Source of the DNA: Laetmonice hystrix | Lineage: Eukaryota | Direction of reading: 5' to 3' | Assembly: GCA_965235115.1 (NCBI GenBank) | Contig: OZ249438.1 | Span: 24,924,001 to 24,988,000, forward strand | Length of the DNA: 64,000 bases | Part shown: piece by piece, positions 1-13,256 of the stretch | Position numbering within the stretch: position 1 is the first letter of the stretch | Layout: each line of letters opens with the position of its first letter | Translations under genes and position numbers: made by a program | Notes under the pieces: model-generated | Told to the model about the DNA's origin: nothing | The model's input: only the letters and a program-made list of their open reading frames with translations | The model's database searches: none

Positions 1-149
1 TGTACTAATGAAAAAAAAAGAATTAGGAAAGTTCACGGTACCGTACCATCTTTTCTACTACGTAAATTTTAGTTTTACAGACTTTATTAGTGGATAACTA
101 GTTTAGCCGAGAGGTTATTCTGTAGACACCTGCTGGGACCTGGGCCTGG

Positions 150-3100
150 ATATCTTCTTACTTAGATAAAAACCCGAGCGGGAAGAACGTCTCACCTGGC
201 CGTCTCCAGCGGTCCTGACGCCGAGTAGGTTCTGGGCTGTGGTCTGATGTCCAGGCGCGGCACGTCGTTCTAAGGGTCGGAGAATTCTCTCTCCTGTAAC
301 CCCTCCCCTTGTTCCTGGCAACCTGACGCCAACTCAAGGTTCTCTCATCCCAACGACGCCCCTCCGATTCTGGCGTCCTGTCGGTTAGGGAACGTCTGTC
401 TACCCGATTGTTCCTGTCCGGTAGGAAACTCCTGTCGTTCAGGGTACTCACCGTACTGGAAGGTTCTACAGATCTGTCTGGGAGATTCCCCAGGAGGTGA
501 CCCAGACGAAGGTCGGGTGAACCTCTGTGATGAGCCTGGCGTGGAGGCCTCCCACTCCGGATGGAGGCCCTCAACCTCTGGAGAACCCGGCCCAGCGGGG
601 AATGGGTGGAATCATCTATTGGCTCTTCACCAGTGGACGATGGACCAGCAGCAGCCCCGACAGGACCGTGTGTGCCCATAGCAGGATTATGACTACCAGC
701 GACAGAACTGGCGGAGCCTAACGCCTGATTACGGATAGGACCTGTTGCCCCAATCAAGTGCTCAGCAAGAGAATTTGTCTTCTGTTCAGATAAATGGCTG
801 CCATCTACTCTTGTCCTGGAAACATTTGGAGGAGTGGTTGATGAGAAGATCGCATGTCGTACACCGTCCACTGCCAGGCACCTCTCCAGGACAGGAGTCC
901 TGGTCGTTGGTCTTGCGGCACCAGGAGCCTGCACAGTCTGGTCCTCATGACTACCGCCAAGGTGTCCAACTAATGAGGACGTTACAGTGAGGTCATTAGG
1001 TATGGCACCGACGGCCAGATTGTGCCGGTGGCTCGTACCGTTGTTGTCATCGAGTTCAGCTCGGAATGTTCTCCGGTGCTGTGGTTCGTTCTCATAGTTA
1101 CCTCGTCCTGGAGGTGGTTGGGAATGGCCTCCTGTGTCCTTACAACTGGAGCAGGTGATGGTGATACAGCAGCACGTGTTGTCACTCCACTGTGTGGTGC
1201 CAGCCATTGTCTCAAGTAAAAGTTTCACTTGTAGATAGTTCAGGGTTGTTTGCAATGATGTAAGAGACGTAAGACCCAATCCTCTGGGCTTCTCGGTAAC
1301 TTTGTGAAATAGGTAGATGCAGAATTCGATGGCTGTGACAAGTTTTCATCAATAGCATTGTGTTCAAAATGAGGCCATGTGGGTCTTGTATCAATCGAAG
1401 TTAGTACCTCATCTGGGTTGACTGTCATTAACGCAGGTAGCAGCTTGAAAACTACACTCACCAATATCACATGTGTGGAAATTGCATGTTAGACCTGCCT
1501 ACCCATTAAAACTCCTGATGCACGATTCCATACCACTCGTCCCAGTTTTTGTTGTCGTGATGAATATCCTGGTAATGAATTGGTAATTGAAGTTTTCACT
1601 GTATTTTGCATAGGTGTGTAAATTCCTGAGTCTTTTTGTGTGTCCCGGTCCGACTTACCGGATGCGACTCTTATCAGAATTCAAGGACAGGAAGGTTGAA
1701 GGAGATAGTGGTGTCATCCCTAGTGTCTTCACCTGAATCATGGATCCTTGTTTGGGCTTTCATCTGTACACATGTTGAATGAATGTCCTATTTATGGCAG
1801 AAAGATCCCATATAGGATGAGGTATGTGCAGTTGGTCACTTGTGAAAGTTTTCCAATGTGTCCGTAGATGGTGATATATCTGTGTGTACAGAGCGTTTTG
1901 AAGTGTGCACCGCATGCACCAAGAACTAACTGTATAATCGTGCTATCCTTGCATGTAGGTTATCATCGTAATGTTCATACATATATGCAGGTGGGAGGGT
2001 GGTGGTGGTGGTGGTGGTGGTGACAGGCCGGCCGGCAGACCAGCACGCTGCGGCCGTGAATAGGATGGTGGCCGGCCAGGTGTTGCTTCACCTAATGAAC
2101 ATAGCTAACCGTTAGTGACATGCCTGATTAATCACCCAGTCTGTGATCATGATTAGAACAAGAAGACATGAGCTAGTAGTGGGTCAAATCTTTGGAGGTC
2201 ATAAAAACGGTGAAGGTCATAGCGACAAGCTAGGTCATCCCAGTCTGGACGGTGGGTCACAGCTTGACAAGGGTATAGCCACGTTTGCATGACACTGTAT
2301 ACTGGAGTTTGTTTTACCGTTGAGATGCGTGCGAAATGTGGGACTAAACTGTCTACGCCCACAGACTCGCATATCCTGGGCTCATAGACTCACACGCTGC
2401 TTGGCTGGCACCAGCTAAGGGTCACAGGACCGGAGCCACGTGATGACTGTCCCGTGTAGACATGGACAGTTCCAGTAGAATACACTTGGCTGAACCCTGT
2501 CCACAGTCATTGTATACCAACATCACACAGCATTGTGCATATGAATATGCCTCTAAAACCAAAACGGTCTGGCTCTCAAAGTTTAAATAAGATAATATAT
2601 CATATAGTAAAGCTGAGATTTTTTTCCCCACAGATTTTCGTGTTTATAACTTCAAAGGTCCAGGGTCGTAGACACTCAACTTTTCCTTTAAAACGTTCTT
2701 GAAATGTCGTGGTCTGGTAATAATCCTTGCATGATACTCCAAGTATGATCATTCTCTGACGTCAAAAAAAGACAGTTTTATATTTCCCGTTAGCATGTGT
2801 GAATAGGATTAGAATTCATACCATAAAATGCGATCATTTGACAGGTGAATTAATATTTCCAGGTGCTCGGATCTTGTTACGAATTTTCAGATCCTAAGTA
2901 TATTTTCAACAGGCATGTTGTTTGGAAAAGTGAGGAATAAGTCGTATCCAGCAAACTGAGGGTAACGGTTTGCGATTGAAGATAAGCACTCAGATTGATT
3001 AGGAGATGTATGATTGGTTCTATCGGAAACTCTCAGGGTATCGTCCTAGGTGAATGTTCAATAGTCCATGTGTCCTGGTACTTTCCATTCAAGCGTCCTG

Positions 3101-3560
3101 GTTAACGGTTGAGTGTTCCTCGCATGATGATAGTAAACTTGTACGTACAAACGGTGTATGAATACTCCAGGATGCATATGTTGTGATGGCGTCCAGGATC
3201 CGGCAGTAAAGTAAGGGATCCACGCCGCAGGAGAAATTCTTGGTGTCTGCTAATAATGTCCAACAGTTGAATGGCGTTTTTTGTCCAGCAGTTGTCCAGT
3301 GCGCCGGACGATCTGTGTCGACATCCAGCGCGATTTACACAGGAACTCAGGAAGGAATGGTTTAACGGTTAACTGCATGCCTGTGGAAAATGCCCGTCTG
3401 ATTTGACGTGTCTGGTGTTCCTACCTCGAGATGGAACAATACAGTTCCTGTAGCATCAATTTACAAATCCCTGGTGCGTTGTAACAAAGCCCTTAGTGGT
3501 CCTCCGGGCATCCTTCGGTAGGAACTGATGTAGGCAGCTATCACCCTGAGGCCTTGCGAC
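150..3560 (-). mobile_element. Heavily decayed Ty3/Gypsy LTR-retrotransposon pol remnant
   Basis: Broken minus-strand frames resemble pol motifs in the expected order: AFSTG...TVKPF (~3360-3400, RT), PDPG (~3190), TQPLTRTLEWKVP (~3080-3120, RT connection) and KNWDEW (~1530-1550, integrase-like), followed by a low-complexity tail (ORF 158..1279). Many stops and frameshifts; boundaries approximate; no LTRs identified. Confidence 0.45.
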
Positions 3561-4932
3561 CGGTCCCTGCAGGCACCACAGCCAGCCCTGTGGGGATATA
3601 CGGTCAACTAGCCTAACGGGACTCTCCTCCCCCCTTAATTAAACAATCCTGCCCTATTTGGCTAGGTAAGCCGGCCTGCTTGTCATACAGCCCCTACCTA
3701 GGCAGTAGGTAAAGGCTCCGGTTCCTCCAACTTCAGGAGTTCTGTAGACCGTGTTAAGATCAAACACAGGTATACGACCCAGGTAAAGGACCGGGCCAAG
3801 GAGCAGGGGGGCCATGTGTGCTACCGTTAAATCAAGAGACAGTCAATCCCACACATTCACGTTATTAGATATGCTGGCCAAGACTGTTTTAGAATGATGC
3901 TGTTGTCCTTTTAAAAACACATAAACCAAAGCTATGAACCAAGTATTTGGAATCGGTATAGCTGTTTTTGACTTCCATCGAATTATTTTATAGCAACTTT
4001 ACTGAAAGTAATACAGGGCCATAGTAGTGTGCTACATTTTCCCTGAGGTAAATCGACTTACTGCAATTTTGTATTTATTTAGTTATACGAGAGAAATGGC
4101 ATACTCTGAGTTTGACCATCGGAGATTTTGGTGAATGAAGGCAGATTACCATGACAACAACCGTGACCATTCGCTAGATACAGCGGAAAATGTGCCCAGG
4201 GAAGGCTGACTAGGTCCAGGAATGATGGTCTGTTCCTACCCGGAGGGAAAAATCCTAGCATTTCTAGTGTATCCCTACGGCGCGTTCGGCTGACCAGGCA
4301 TACCGCACGGGTCGGGCCAATTCCCTGCGCATCAATCAAAATTAATGCATGCATTGGACGGGATACCAGTAACATTAACAGCTTTCGTTTTATGAATCGC
4401 CACTACAAGTTTTCTAGAAAAAAAAAAAAAAACTAGAGTAGATTTGCAATTATTAAATTGAATGAAGGGGAGGTTTTATTCACACAGAGATTAAGTGTAT
4501 ACGGTTTACCCATGAGGTTGTTACCGGTATAGGATGTTTGTATAATTTAGGTGGACGTCCCATAAAATGTTTGTTTCACATTCGGAGTGCAGTCTGCCAA
4601 ATTAACTACATATAAAGGAAAGCATCATTCACGAATGATGTATCTGGATGACATGGTAAATGATTTGGACGTGACAGAAGACGGAAAACACGATTAGTAC
4701 CCACTTTATCTAAAGGAAGTCATGACATGATGTCGATTGGTACAGGCAAATGTAGGGCATCCGTAACATAGACATGTAGGACATTAAATATTCTAACTTA
4801 CGAAATATTTTACATTATGGTTTCAAACTGCCGTCATCTGGAGTAACATTGATTCTGATCATTAATAGTTCTCATAGAAATTTTTCTTAATCAAAAAATC
4901 ATTAGTAATTTGTATAACATATCGGCCTTTTG

Positions 4933-5827
4933 CAGGGTTCCCACGGTCACCATCCTGTGGCCAGTGCGTAACGTTTGCATGCTTTGCGTGCTGACGTATA
5001 CGCCCTGGCATAACCAGGAGCAAAACTCGTATTTAGCTCAGGAGATTTAACCAATCACCGACAACCTTGCGACCAATCAGGACAGTTCTTACAAGCGCTC
5101 TTCGGCCAGATCTTAAATCAAAACAAATCGCGGTCCCACTACACTTTGAGCATCCTCCCACGCTCGGGGTTGAACCGCTTCCAGTGATTCCCAGGATGCG
5201 CGATGCCCATTGACAACTCAAGATACTCTGTGAGTCGCTATGGCACGTTTGCAGTGTATGAAAGAAGACAGATGATTGGTTGTTGAAAGTTAGTCGATGA
5301 TGACGCTGTTTGACTCATATATACAAGATGTGGTGACACGATGTCCCCGGGTCAGTGACGACAGACAGCTAGAACCGAGTTACCAGATGACGGTCATGAA
5401 AAGTCATAGAAAATAAAATGAAAGTTTTCAGGCCCAGGAAAGCAATGGAAAATAGAAAAACGAGGGAAAGTCGTGGAAAAGTCATAGAATTTGCTATTTC
5501 TCTTGAACCACATATATTTGTTTCTGTTCGGGCTGAATTGTAAAGTTTTACGACGTACTAGGGGATTCCCGTTGGGTCCCAGATAAAATAGATCTTTTTC
5601 TAGTCTATATTCAGTATTCTAACTCTGTTTTCGCCGTGAAGATGGCCTATGCCTAGACGACGTAAAACCACCATTTAGTCACTCAATCACTCGTACTGAG
5701 GGACAGTCATGCGATTTTAGCGTATTTGTTAAATTTGATCCGAAACTAGTGAAATTGGGGCGTTTTGGTCCTGAAACGTCATGGAAAGGTCATAAAATGT
5801 CAGTTTAACTAACCTGTGGGAACCCTG
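4933..5827. mobile_element. Non-autonomous DNA transposon (MITE) with a nested insertion
   Basis: 12-bp TIR CAGGGTTCCCAC (4933-4944) / GTGGGAACCCTG (5816-5827), with subterminal GTCAT(G/A)GAAA motifs. ACGGTCA occurs at both 4943-4949 and 5390-5396. Confidence 0.6.
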
Positions 5828-6499
5828 TCATTTATTTATATTGTCAAGTTGATTAAAATGAATCCCATTGTATACTAATCATGTATTCGGGCCTACTGAT
5901 TACTTCGGAACCCCTCAGCATGCAGAGAGTGGTTCAAGGTATCCGAGTTAGAACAATATTCATGATATTGTGCCAGTATAGGCAGAAGCTGCTCTGAAAT
6001 CCTCACAGTACCTCTCCTTCATATTATGTTCCTGTGCTAAAGGGTCCAGCAGAGACTTTAGATGTTTTAAAAAAAGATCATCAGGGCCGACAGAGGCGAA
6101 CGGACTGCACGGAGGCCGACGTTGGATTGATCGAGTGTGTGTGTGTGCCGTACTGTGAAGGTCTGTCGGTGTGTGACATTGAACGGTCACGCTTCAAGCT
6201 TTCATAGTAACAGAAACATGTACACATGTGTGTATGTGTATCATTGACATAAATCTGAGTGTATGCCTGTACATAGGACGTATAGCACCGAAAAGGTTTC
6301 CTCGTGGTCTGGCCTGATATAACCGCGACCTGCGTGCATGAATTGATGCACCGGGGGCCTGGGGATCTGGGAAGCAAACGACCCAACCTACGTGAGGGCA
6401 TTTAGCAGATGATCAGCCTTCCCATCTGTCCATGTACGGCGTGTGTTAGACAGGGACAGGTGACGAAAGTACACGTAAAAGGGGGGCAGGAGCCCTTAT

Positions 6500-7600
6500 A
6501 AGCGCACATCCTCCCACGAGGCAAACCCAGCGGAGGTGACAAAAACCTGAGAATCATTTTGACACCTTTTGTGGAAGGCCTTGCCAGGTGCTCCCAAGAA
6601 ATGGTCGGAAGCTAAACCCGCCTTCTAACTGATCACCGGATATATAAGAAGGAACATCGGATGTGCTCTGAGCAACCACCAAGCTACCTGAAGGAAAGGA
6701 CAGGTGTTCAACAAAAGCACTCAAGCTGAGATTTCTCAGTGATGAGTTAAACGTATAGAACGGTACTTTATCATGGAGGACAATTGATCTGACACCTGTA
6801 TGAGACCCTGACATGGTAACTTAGGTCACACAGAAGAGACTATCGATTGGAAGGCACTCAGCCAATAGAAACAGTCAGTTATATACCGAGCACTCCCCTA
6901 TCAGCTCCGAGTGCTACTTCTTTCAGTGTGGGAAGCAATTTACAAAGTTGTGCCCTCACTTCAAGATCGTATGAGGATACGGTGTGGTGCGAAAAAAGGG
7001 CCTTTTATGAGTTGCTCTTTGTGAACACCGGTTTGCTGGCGATGTAAGGCTGACGGGTTGGTTGTTCTCAGAGGGCAGCTTGCCAGTGTTGTGTGGTAGG
7101 AGGTTACATTTCGTTAGGCTATACTGAAGGCATTCAGGTCGCACCACTAGACATCCCTTCCTGGCACGTCGGACAGTCCCACTGGTGAGGGCCGTGAAAA
7201 AGGCACGGCGACTCGGACCGGGCCGACGGGTGGGTCTGTCTGTCACCTCCCGCCAACCTCCTCCACACGTGGCCCGGCTCGACATGACTCAGGTTATAAA
7301 CTTGTAGGACAGTACCGTTGTCATTTACCAATGACGACACGGCGGGCAGACGACCGAGGACAGACGACGTGACTGTGTGCATTCTCATTAACCGTTACTG
7401 GATTGAGATTACAATTATAGATCCATTTATTACACAGCCCACCGATTATTGTGGAGGTGATCATGGGTTTTTTAGTAGGTGAAGATATGTGATTATGTGT
7501 GGAGAGTGGGCTGAGCCTGGTCTGACCATGGCGAGATGATGACACACTGGTTGGATCTTCCCGCCCTCAATGAGATCTCCTGATCTGTGGCCAAGGATAT
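6500..7600 (-). mobile_element. Decayed Ty3/Gypsy RT-RNaseH remnant
   Basis: Minus-strand fragments SSPWS (~7520), GWREV...AFFT (~7190-7260), KEVALG...GITD (~6880-6920) and LHDKVPF...STSDV (ORF 6554..6814) fall in RT to RNaseH order. Confidence 0.45.
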
Positions 7601-7928
7601 TCTACGCATCAGTTCCCGAGGTGCCAAACGCAGGATATATTAATTAGGATACTTGATTGAAATACATACAAGATGGCAAAACCGTTCTTCAAATCTCTGT
7701 TCAAGAGGAAAGGGCGAGGATCATCGCACAGAGGATCCAAGGATGATATCAGTCAGTTCATACCCTCTCTGTATGATCCTGACGAGCCCCATGAAGGAGG
7801 CTTCAAACCTGTACAGTTATCGTACGAGGTTAGTATATATACTTAGTTTCATGTCGTCTCGAGACCGTAGGTCGTTACTGGAGTGGACTTACATGATTGA
7901 GTCTGATCTAGGATACAGGGCCCAAGGT

Positions 7929-8123
7929 CATGGGCGTTGCTAGGGCTTTTTTTCAGGGAAGGGGGGGGGGGCACAACATCCTGATATGGAGGGTGGAGCC
8001 CTCACATTGGCGTTTCACGTTAATTTTAATACACGTTAACTAATACATTTGATTTTTTTCTTATATTTTCCAGGGGGGGGGGGCATGTGCCCCTCTTGCC
8101 CCCCCCCCCTCGCAACGCCTATG
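7929..8123. mobile_element. Short MITE with poly-G/poly-C tracts
   Basis: TIR CATGGGCGTTGC / GCAACGCCTATG (11 of 12 match). No exact TSD. Confidence 0.55.
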
Positions 8124-11100
8124 CAGAGGTATTTATCATAAACAAGTACGTGGGACCAACTTGGGTCGTGAACTAGGAGTATGAATGCCATGTATTTTTC
8201 CTAACAGATGGTATGCATACATGTACCTTCTGTTCTACTTGATCATACGTTTTAAAGGCCTGTCGTGTCACAATATACTGTCAGTACAAACACTGCTGAC
8301 AGTCTATGATATAAAGGTTATGAGCTTCCGGGGATTACGGGAAAGTTAAATGATTTGTATCTGATTTTTGTCTCTTGAATAATCTTTCAAGCCATGCGTG
8401 ACTGTATGGAATTTACGCTACAATGTAACTGGGTGTGAGTTGACCTGCACCTAAAATGGAAATTTCACAATTTATTGCATGATGACAAATCGTGCTGGCA
8501 AGGATGAAATATTCGCCTTAAGCGTAATGTTGGTGCATTGTTGTAGACAGAATGTGTATCTATAAGTTATAGTATATCACAGCAAAATGATACACCATGG
8601 GTATCTAGGTATTCCTCTTGTCAAGCCGGTACCAATGCATGAAATTGTTCATTAAAAAAGATGTTATAACGCAATGATTTAGTGGGAAAAGATTGTACCG
8701 TATTATGGCACAATCATTGTTCATACTCGTAGTGCAAGCAACATTTATTGCAAAGTATAACGTATAAATGTTATGTTGTAAGTTACTGGTATCTATGCCA
8801 TAGTCAGAATTTCGAACATGATCCAAAGTTTGACTAGGCCTTGCTCACGTCAGCCCACCTACCCTGATTTATTCATACTACGTCCAGCTAGGAGACATTT
8901 GTAGGTTACAAAGCTGGGCCACCAGGGGGATCCAGTTTTCAGTCTGATGTTGATGGAACAGCATAAAATTTCCTCAAGACAGAAATCCTTGCATTCAGCT
9001 TTAACAATTCATGTGAGGAAGAACCTCTTCAACCATAACGTTCACCTAAATCACCAAGTTGCTTTTTTCTCTGTCTCTCCATACTTTTTACATCCCAAAC
9101 AAGACGCCCGTCAAGTCCTCAATCTCATCCTTGTAAGGTCAAGATAGAATTTATAACCGTAACGGCACATTCTAACACTAGTGGTTTCCCCCATGTTAAT
9201 TAACGCTAGTGTCTATACAGTCTGATACCTGTACGACCGAGTCCCAGTAACAACAGATACAGTCAGTAATAGTTGAGGTGTGCCGAGTGTGGGTGCTACC
9301 CGTTAAACCATACGTCCCCTCTCCCGCCGCCAGGTGGGCTGCCAACCATTGTACACATGTCAGCCGAGGTTATGGTACTTACAGCTGGACTACCTGAGTC
9401 ACAGTAACATACATGTATAGAGAGGGAACTGAGACTCTCATAACGAGGAGTGAACCACTGAACCCCAGAAACAACTGTTAACAAATCGTATAGCTCAATC
9501 TGTTCCAATCGCTGTCCGAGCTCAAACATATAGCGGGAACATGGGATCAAAACTCCTTTCACAAAACAGATGTTTACTGCAGCAAAAAAAATGACATACG
9601 GATATTTTCCTGCCTACTCTATACCTCAGTAATCTCTGAACTACTGAATGTGGGCGTTGAGGTACTACGGTTGACATTTATTAACTCTTCAACAGGACAG
9701 GGCAGACTTTATCATCATTCATGATGCCTGGGGCGGTGTCATATAAGTTAAGGTCCCATGTTCATGTTTCATATATTTGTACCGCCAAATTTAGGTTTCA
9801 TTACTGCCACCGATATTGGACATATGTATAAAACAGCTGTTTTGTTCTACTACTTTCAGTAGTTCTTCTATGATGAACTATGATTGGGTATAATGTCTGT
9901 CAGTAATTTACGCCATTATCTGCAGTAGCATTGAGCGGTACGTGGACGAACTCAAACGTTTTATTGCTTGCTTAAGGGTAACTGTAGAGGATATCCTGAG
10001 AATCTTTTGTATAAAATGACGGTAATCATGGCACACGAGGCAACACCTGCCCTGAAGATCAGAGATTTCAATTTCCGCCAAGTGGAAGCAGGTTACCTGA
10101 CCCAGATCCAGGTCTCTGGAGTGTGACCAATGTTTGCTGGACACAACCACCATCCTGAAGATCTTGTTAGTATCGGAAATAGAGTATAGACTGAGGGGTT
10201 ACGGGAATCCCCAAGCTTAGGGGAGTACTCGTCGTTTATTTATCGGTGCAGATTTTATTGTAGACTGTTTGTTGAGGGCCGGACATGATGAAATGTTAAT
10301 CGACACCTTTCTCCTAACGTAGCGGTTACCGGTAGATTGTGTAACTGACGGCTCACATACATTCATGATGTATGTTGAACATTGCACCGACGTTACTCTT
10401 TCTATTCCTTCTCTTTTCTTATCAATTTATCAGTGGTCCCTGGTTAAGGAGGAGTTCCTGTCAATGGCTACTCTGCATGATGACCGGTAGAAGAGAGACA
10501 TTCAAAACAATTCAGCGGATTGAATTCCCCTCCCATTCTGATCGTAGTGTCCAGGAATTCTGGCTTGTGACCGTGCTGTGTGTGATATATCAGGTGTCAT
10601 TCTATTGGCCATCAGGCAGAATGGACTGGGGGTAGGGCACTGCATTGTGACCTGGGGCACTGCATTGTTGGCTGGGGCCGCTCGTGGTCGGTGTTGTGTG
10701 TCAGTAAAGCAGCAGATAGTAGTAGGGAGGATTCAGGGGGGAGGGAGGGTGGGATTGGAAGTGACCCATGAAAAGAGGGTCAGCCAGCAGGCAGCCTTAA
10801 TATCATGTGTGGCGTCCACTGATGAAGGCCTGACAGTTTCTACCTCCGCCAGGTATGGGATGTGAGTTCAATTTCTCTGTCACTTCGAATTTTAACGTGT
10901 TAACTGGCATGCCATCACGGGCTTGGTCGTGTTTGGGTTGTGTGGATGGGGAGATTGTTCCCCAGGACAAATAGGACAACTAGTACAGGGGTACACTAGG
11001 TAACCCGTGAATATTGTGTCCTTAAACTTAGTCCCCCACTGGCTGGCAGTACCTGTTCAGCCTTGGCCTTCAGCTCAGTCAGGATAAAACACCACACTGA

Positions 11101-12303
11101 TTTATACAGTCAGAATAAGACATAATGTGTCCAGTGCAGTATGTATTTTCATGCCTGTAATTAAGAATACAAATGTTGTATACAGAGTTCAGACACTGAA
11201 TGTTTGAGGTCATAAAGGTTGATCTCTATGATCTCTAGCTGTAGCTCTAGTAAATAACTATTCCAAAAACACCAAATGGGAGAAAGTCGCTGTGCTCGTC
11301 GTTGGCATCATTAAACATATAAGTAAATATCAGATTGCTGGATCTGTGCCAAGGTTAATAATTGGTAGGACAGGTGGATCCGTTTAATCCCCACCCAGTA
11401 AGTACCGGCAGAGTGATACCATCGCCCTCGATCTGCTAATACTATGGATAAACAGTATTTTGGACTCTTGTCCGATAAACCTCACGGTGTGGCTGAGGTG
11501 TCAGCTAGCGTCTCCAGCCAATGGCCCGGCCCTGACCAGCCAATCAACACTGCTCCCTGCCGTGTCGTCTAAAGCGAGAAGTACCGTGTTGGGCTGATTG
11601 GGCTGATGTTGTAGGTCTCATTCAATATTCCCGCTCAAAGGCCATCCCTGCTGTGTTTTGATTGTGTACATTGGACAGGTTTGAAGACCGTGCATACAGC
11701 ACAAGAAGCAGTGTTGAGAAGGATTGTCTTTCACGTTGTTTTGTAAAGTAGGAAAGTTTAATAAACAGAAATGTTTTGTACAGCCCTAGCAAGCTGACCT
11801 TTCTCACCTGTTGGCCTTTATTTGACCCCTTCACCTTTTTTTCTAGCGGAAATAAGCGATATTTGCCGTTAAATATTTACTCTAAGAAAATAGTACCCAG
11901 CACAGTCAGAGAGTACACCACTATAAGTTGTCAGGTCGAAGGATGAAGAAAAGTACAATTATTTGAGAGGTAGTATAGGCGACATGTGAGAAATTCTCAT
12001 GTAAATTGTGAACTGGGTCAGACGACTGTTTTTGTCAATTCTGTAATCTTACGAACTTTAATAGGAAAGGATGAGATTGGAAACATTAAATTCGGTTGTG
12101 TTAGGTCATCTGCCACATTTCGTTATGTTATGTTGCAATGTTATTTTACCGCCAAACATTGATACAGCAGACGTAACCGTGGCCTTCATTCGGGGGCATA
12201 CCAGCACTGTAACAGTTGAAACCTGATTTTTAGTTAAAAGTTGGGCTGTCAAGGTTGTCTTTTGATTTATAAGGATAGTTTTTTGCGTATTTTTCAGGAG
12301 AAG

Positions 12304-12414
12304 ATGTGCTCGGTGCCCTCCGAGTGGAGCCTGACTGACAGGGCGGGTAAGAGGTTCCACTTACCCCGCACCATGCTCTTCTTGGGACGCGACGACTCGG
12401 ATTTTAACATTCCG
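12304..12414 (+). CDS. CEP170: CEP170-family centrosomal protein, first coding exon (start of FHA domain), 37 codons
   Basis: Acceptor ttttcag ends at 12297, ATG is at 12304 and the donor CCG|gtaagt starts at 12415. Translation MCSVPSEWSLTDRAGKRFHLPRTMLFLGRDDSDFNIP resembles the CEP170 N-terminus as I recall it (W.L....G.R..LPR.M.F.GRD). The acceptor implies an upstream exon that I could not locate. Confidence 0.88.
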
Positions 12415-13171
12415 GTAAGTTAGTGATGGTTGAGGGGGCAGTATTAAACAAACACTCTGGTGATTGGTGTAAATGTCTGCTTCATCAGGTGAGGGCGACA
12501 AGGGGTAGGAAATTACTATTGTTACTCAACTTAAAATGGATCCAAGTGGATATATTGGCAAGTTGTGTTAAATTCCCCTCTGACCTCCCCTCATACAAAC
12601 TATAATCAAAGCAGTAAACTTATGCTCGTTTTCTTTCAATCATCTTGAGATGTGTTTAATTGAACGACCAGGGTTGCATAGCCTATCACAGCAGGGACCA
12701 CGGAAGGGGGGGGGGGGGTTATAACCCTACTTAGACCAAGTTAGAGTTTCTAACATCTAGTGTATTCCGTGCCGTGTATCTAAGAACTAGGGTTGCTCAG
12801 CCTTGTTATAGACGTGGGCCGTCACACCAGTCATGCCTCGTGCACAGAACAGTTGAGTCATACAGCTACGATACAGATTGAGCCAAGGTTGGATCCCACA
12901 GGTTGTAAGTGGTAGTCAAGGCCAAAGATATCTCATTTATTACGGGAGGCATGATGTATGCTGACTGCACAATCCAATACATGTGGCGTGTACTCGTTGT
13001 AGGTCAAAATGTATGTGTGTGTGTGTGGGGGGGGGGGGGTCTACAGATTTTAGGCTGCCAAATGCACGGCGATATAGGGAGGCGCCACCAACACACCACA
13101 GTGTGGAAGGCAGTGGAGCGGTGGTCTCGGCTGGCCATATACGCGAGCGCTGCAGAGTGGCTGAGTTAGAA

Positions 13172-13245
13172 GGCCGGTTAGCTCAGTTGGTTAGAGCGTC
13201 GTGCTGATAACGCGAAGGTCGTGGGTTCGACCCCCATGCTGGCCA
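13172..13245 (+). tRNA. tRNA-Ile, anticodon GAT (eukaryotic-type body), intronic and sense to CEP170
   Basis: The cloverleaf folds by hand: acceptor GGCCGGT/GCTGGCC, D stem GCTC/GAGC, anticodon stem TCGTG/CGCGA, loop CT-GAT-AA (GAT at 13206-13208), T stem GTGGG/CCCAT with TTCGA, discriminator A. 74 nt, with A and B boxes intact. Confidence 0.88.
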
Positions 13246-13251
13246 ATAAAC

Positions 13252-13256
13252 TTTTT
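13252..13256 (+). terminator. RNA polymerase III T-run terminator of the tRNA gene
   Basis: TTTTT starts 7 nt after the discriminator base. Confidence 0.6.

Noticed and set aside
158-1279. 373-aa minus-strand ORF as a host gene
   Set aside because: It is low-complexity with no recognisable domain or splice framework, and sits at the 3' end of a decayed Gypsy pol-like region. It is more likely element-derived or chance.
11460-11620. CCAAT-box cluster as the CEP170 promoter
   Set aside because: Short motifs only. No convincing first-exon donor links it to the 12297 acceptor.
13172-13245. Bacterial or organellar origin (contamination or HGT) of the GAT tRNA
   Set aside because: The body sequence is eukaryotic Ile-family-like, there is no encoded CCA, a Pol III T-run follows, and the flanks are ordinary intron.
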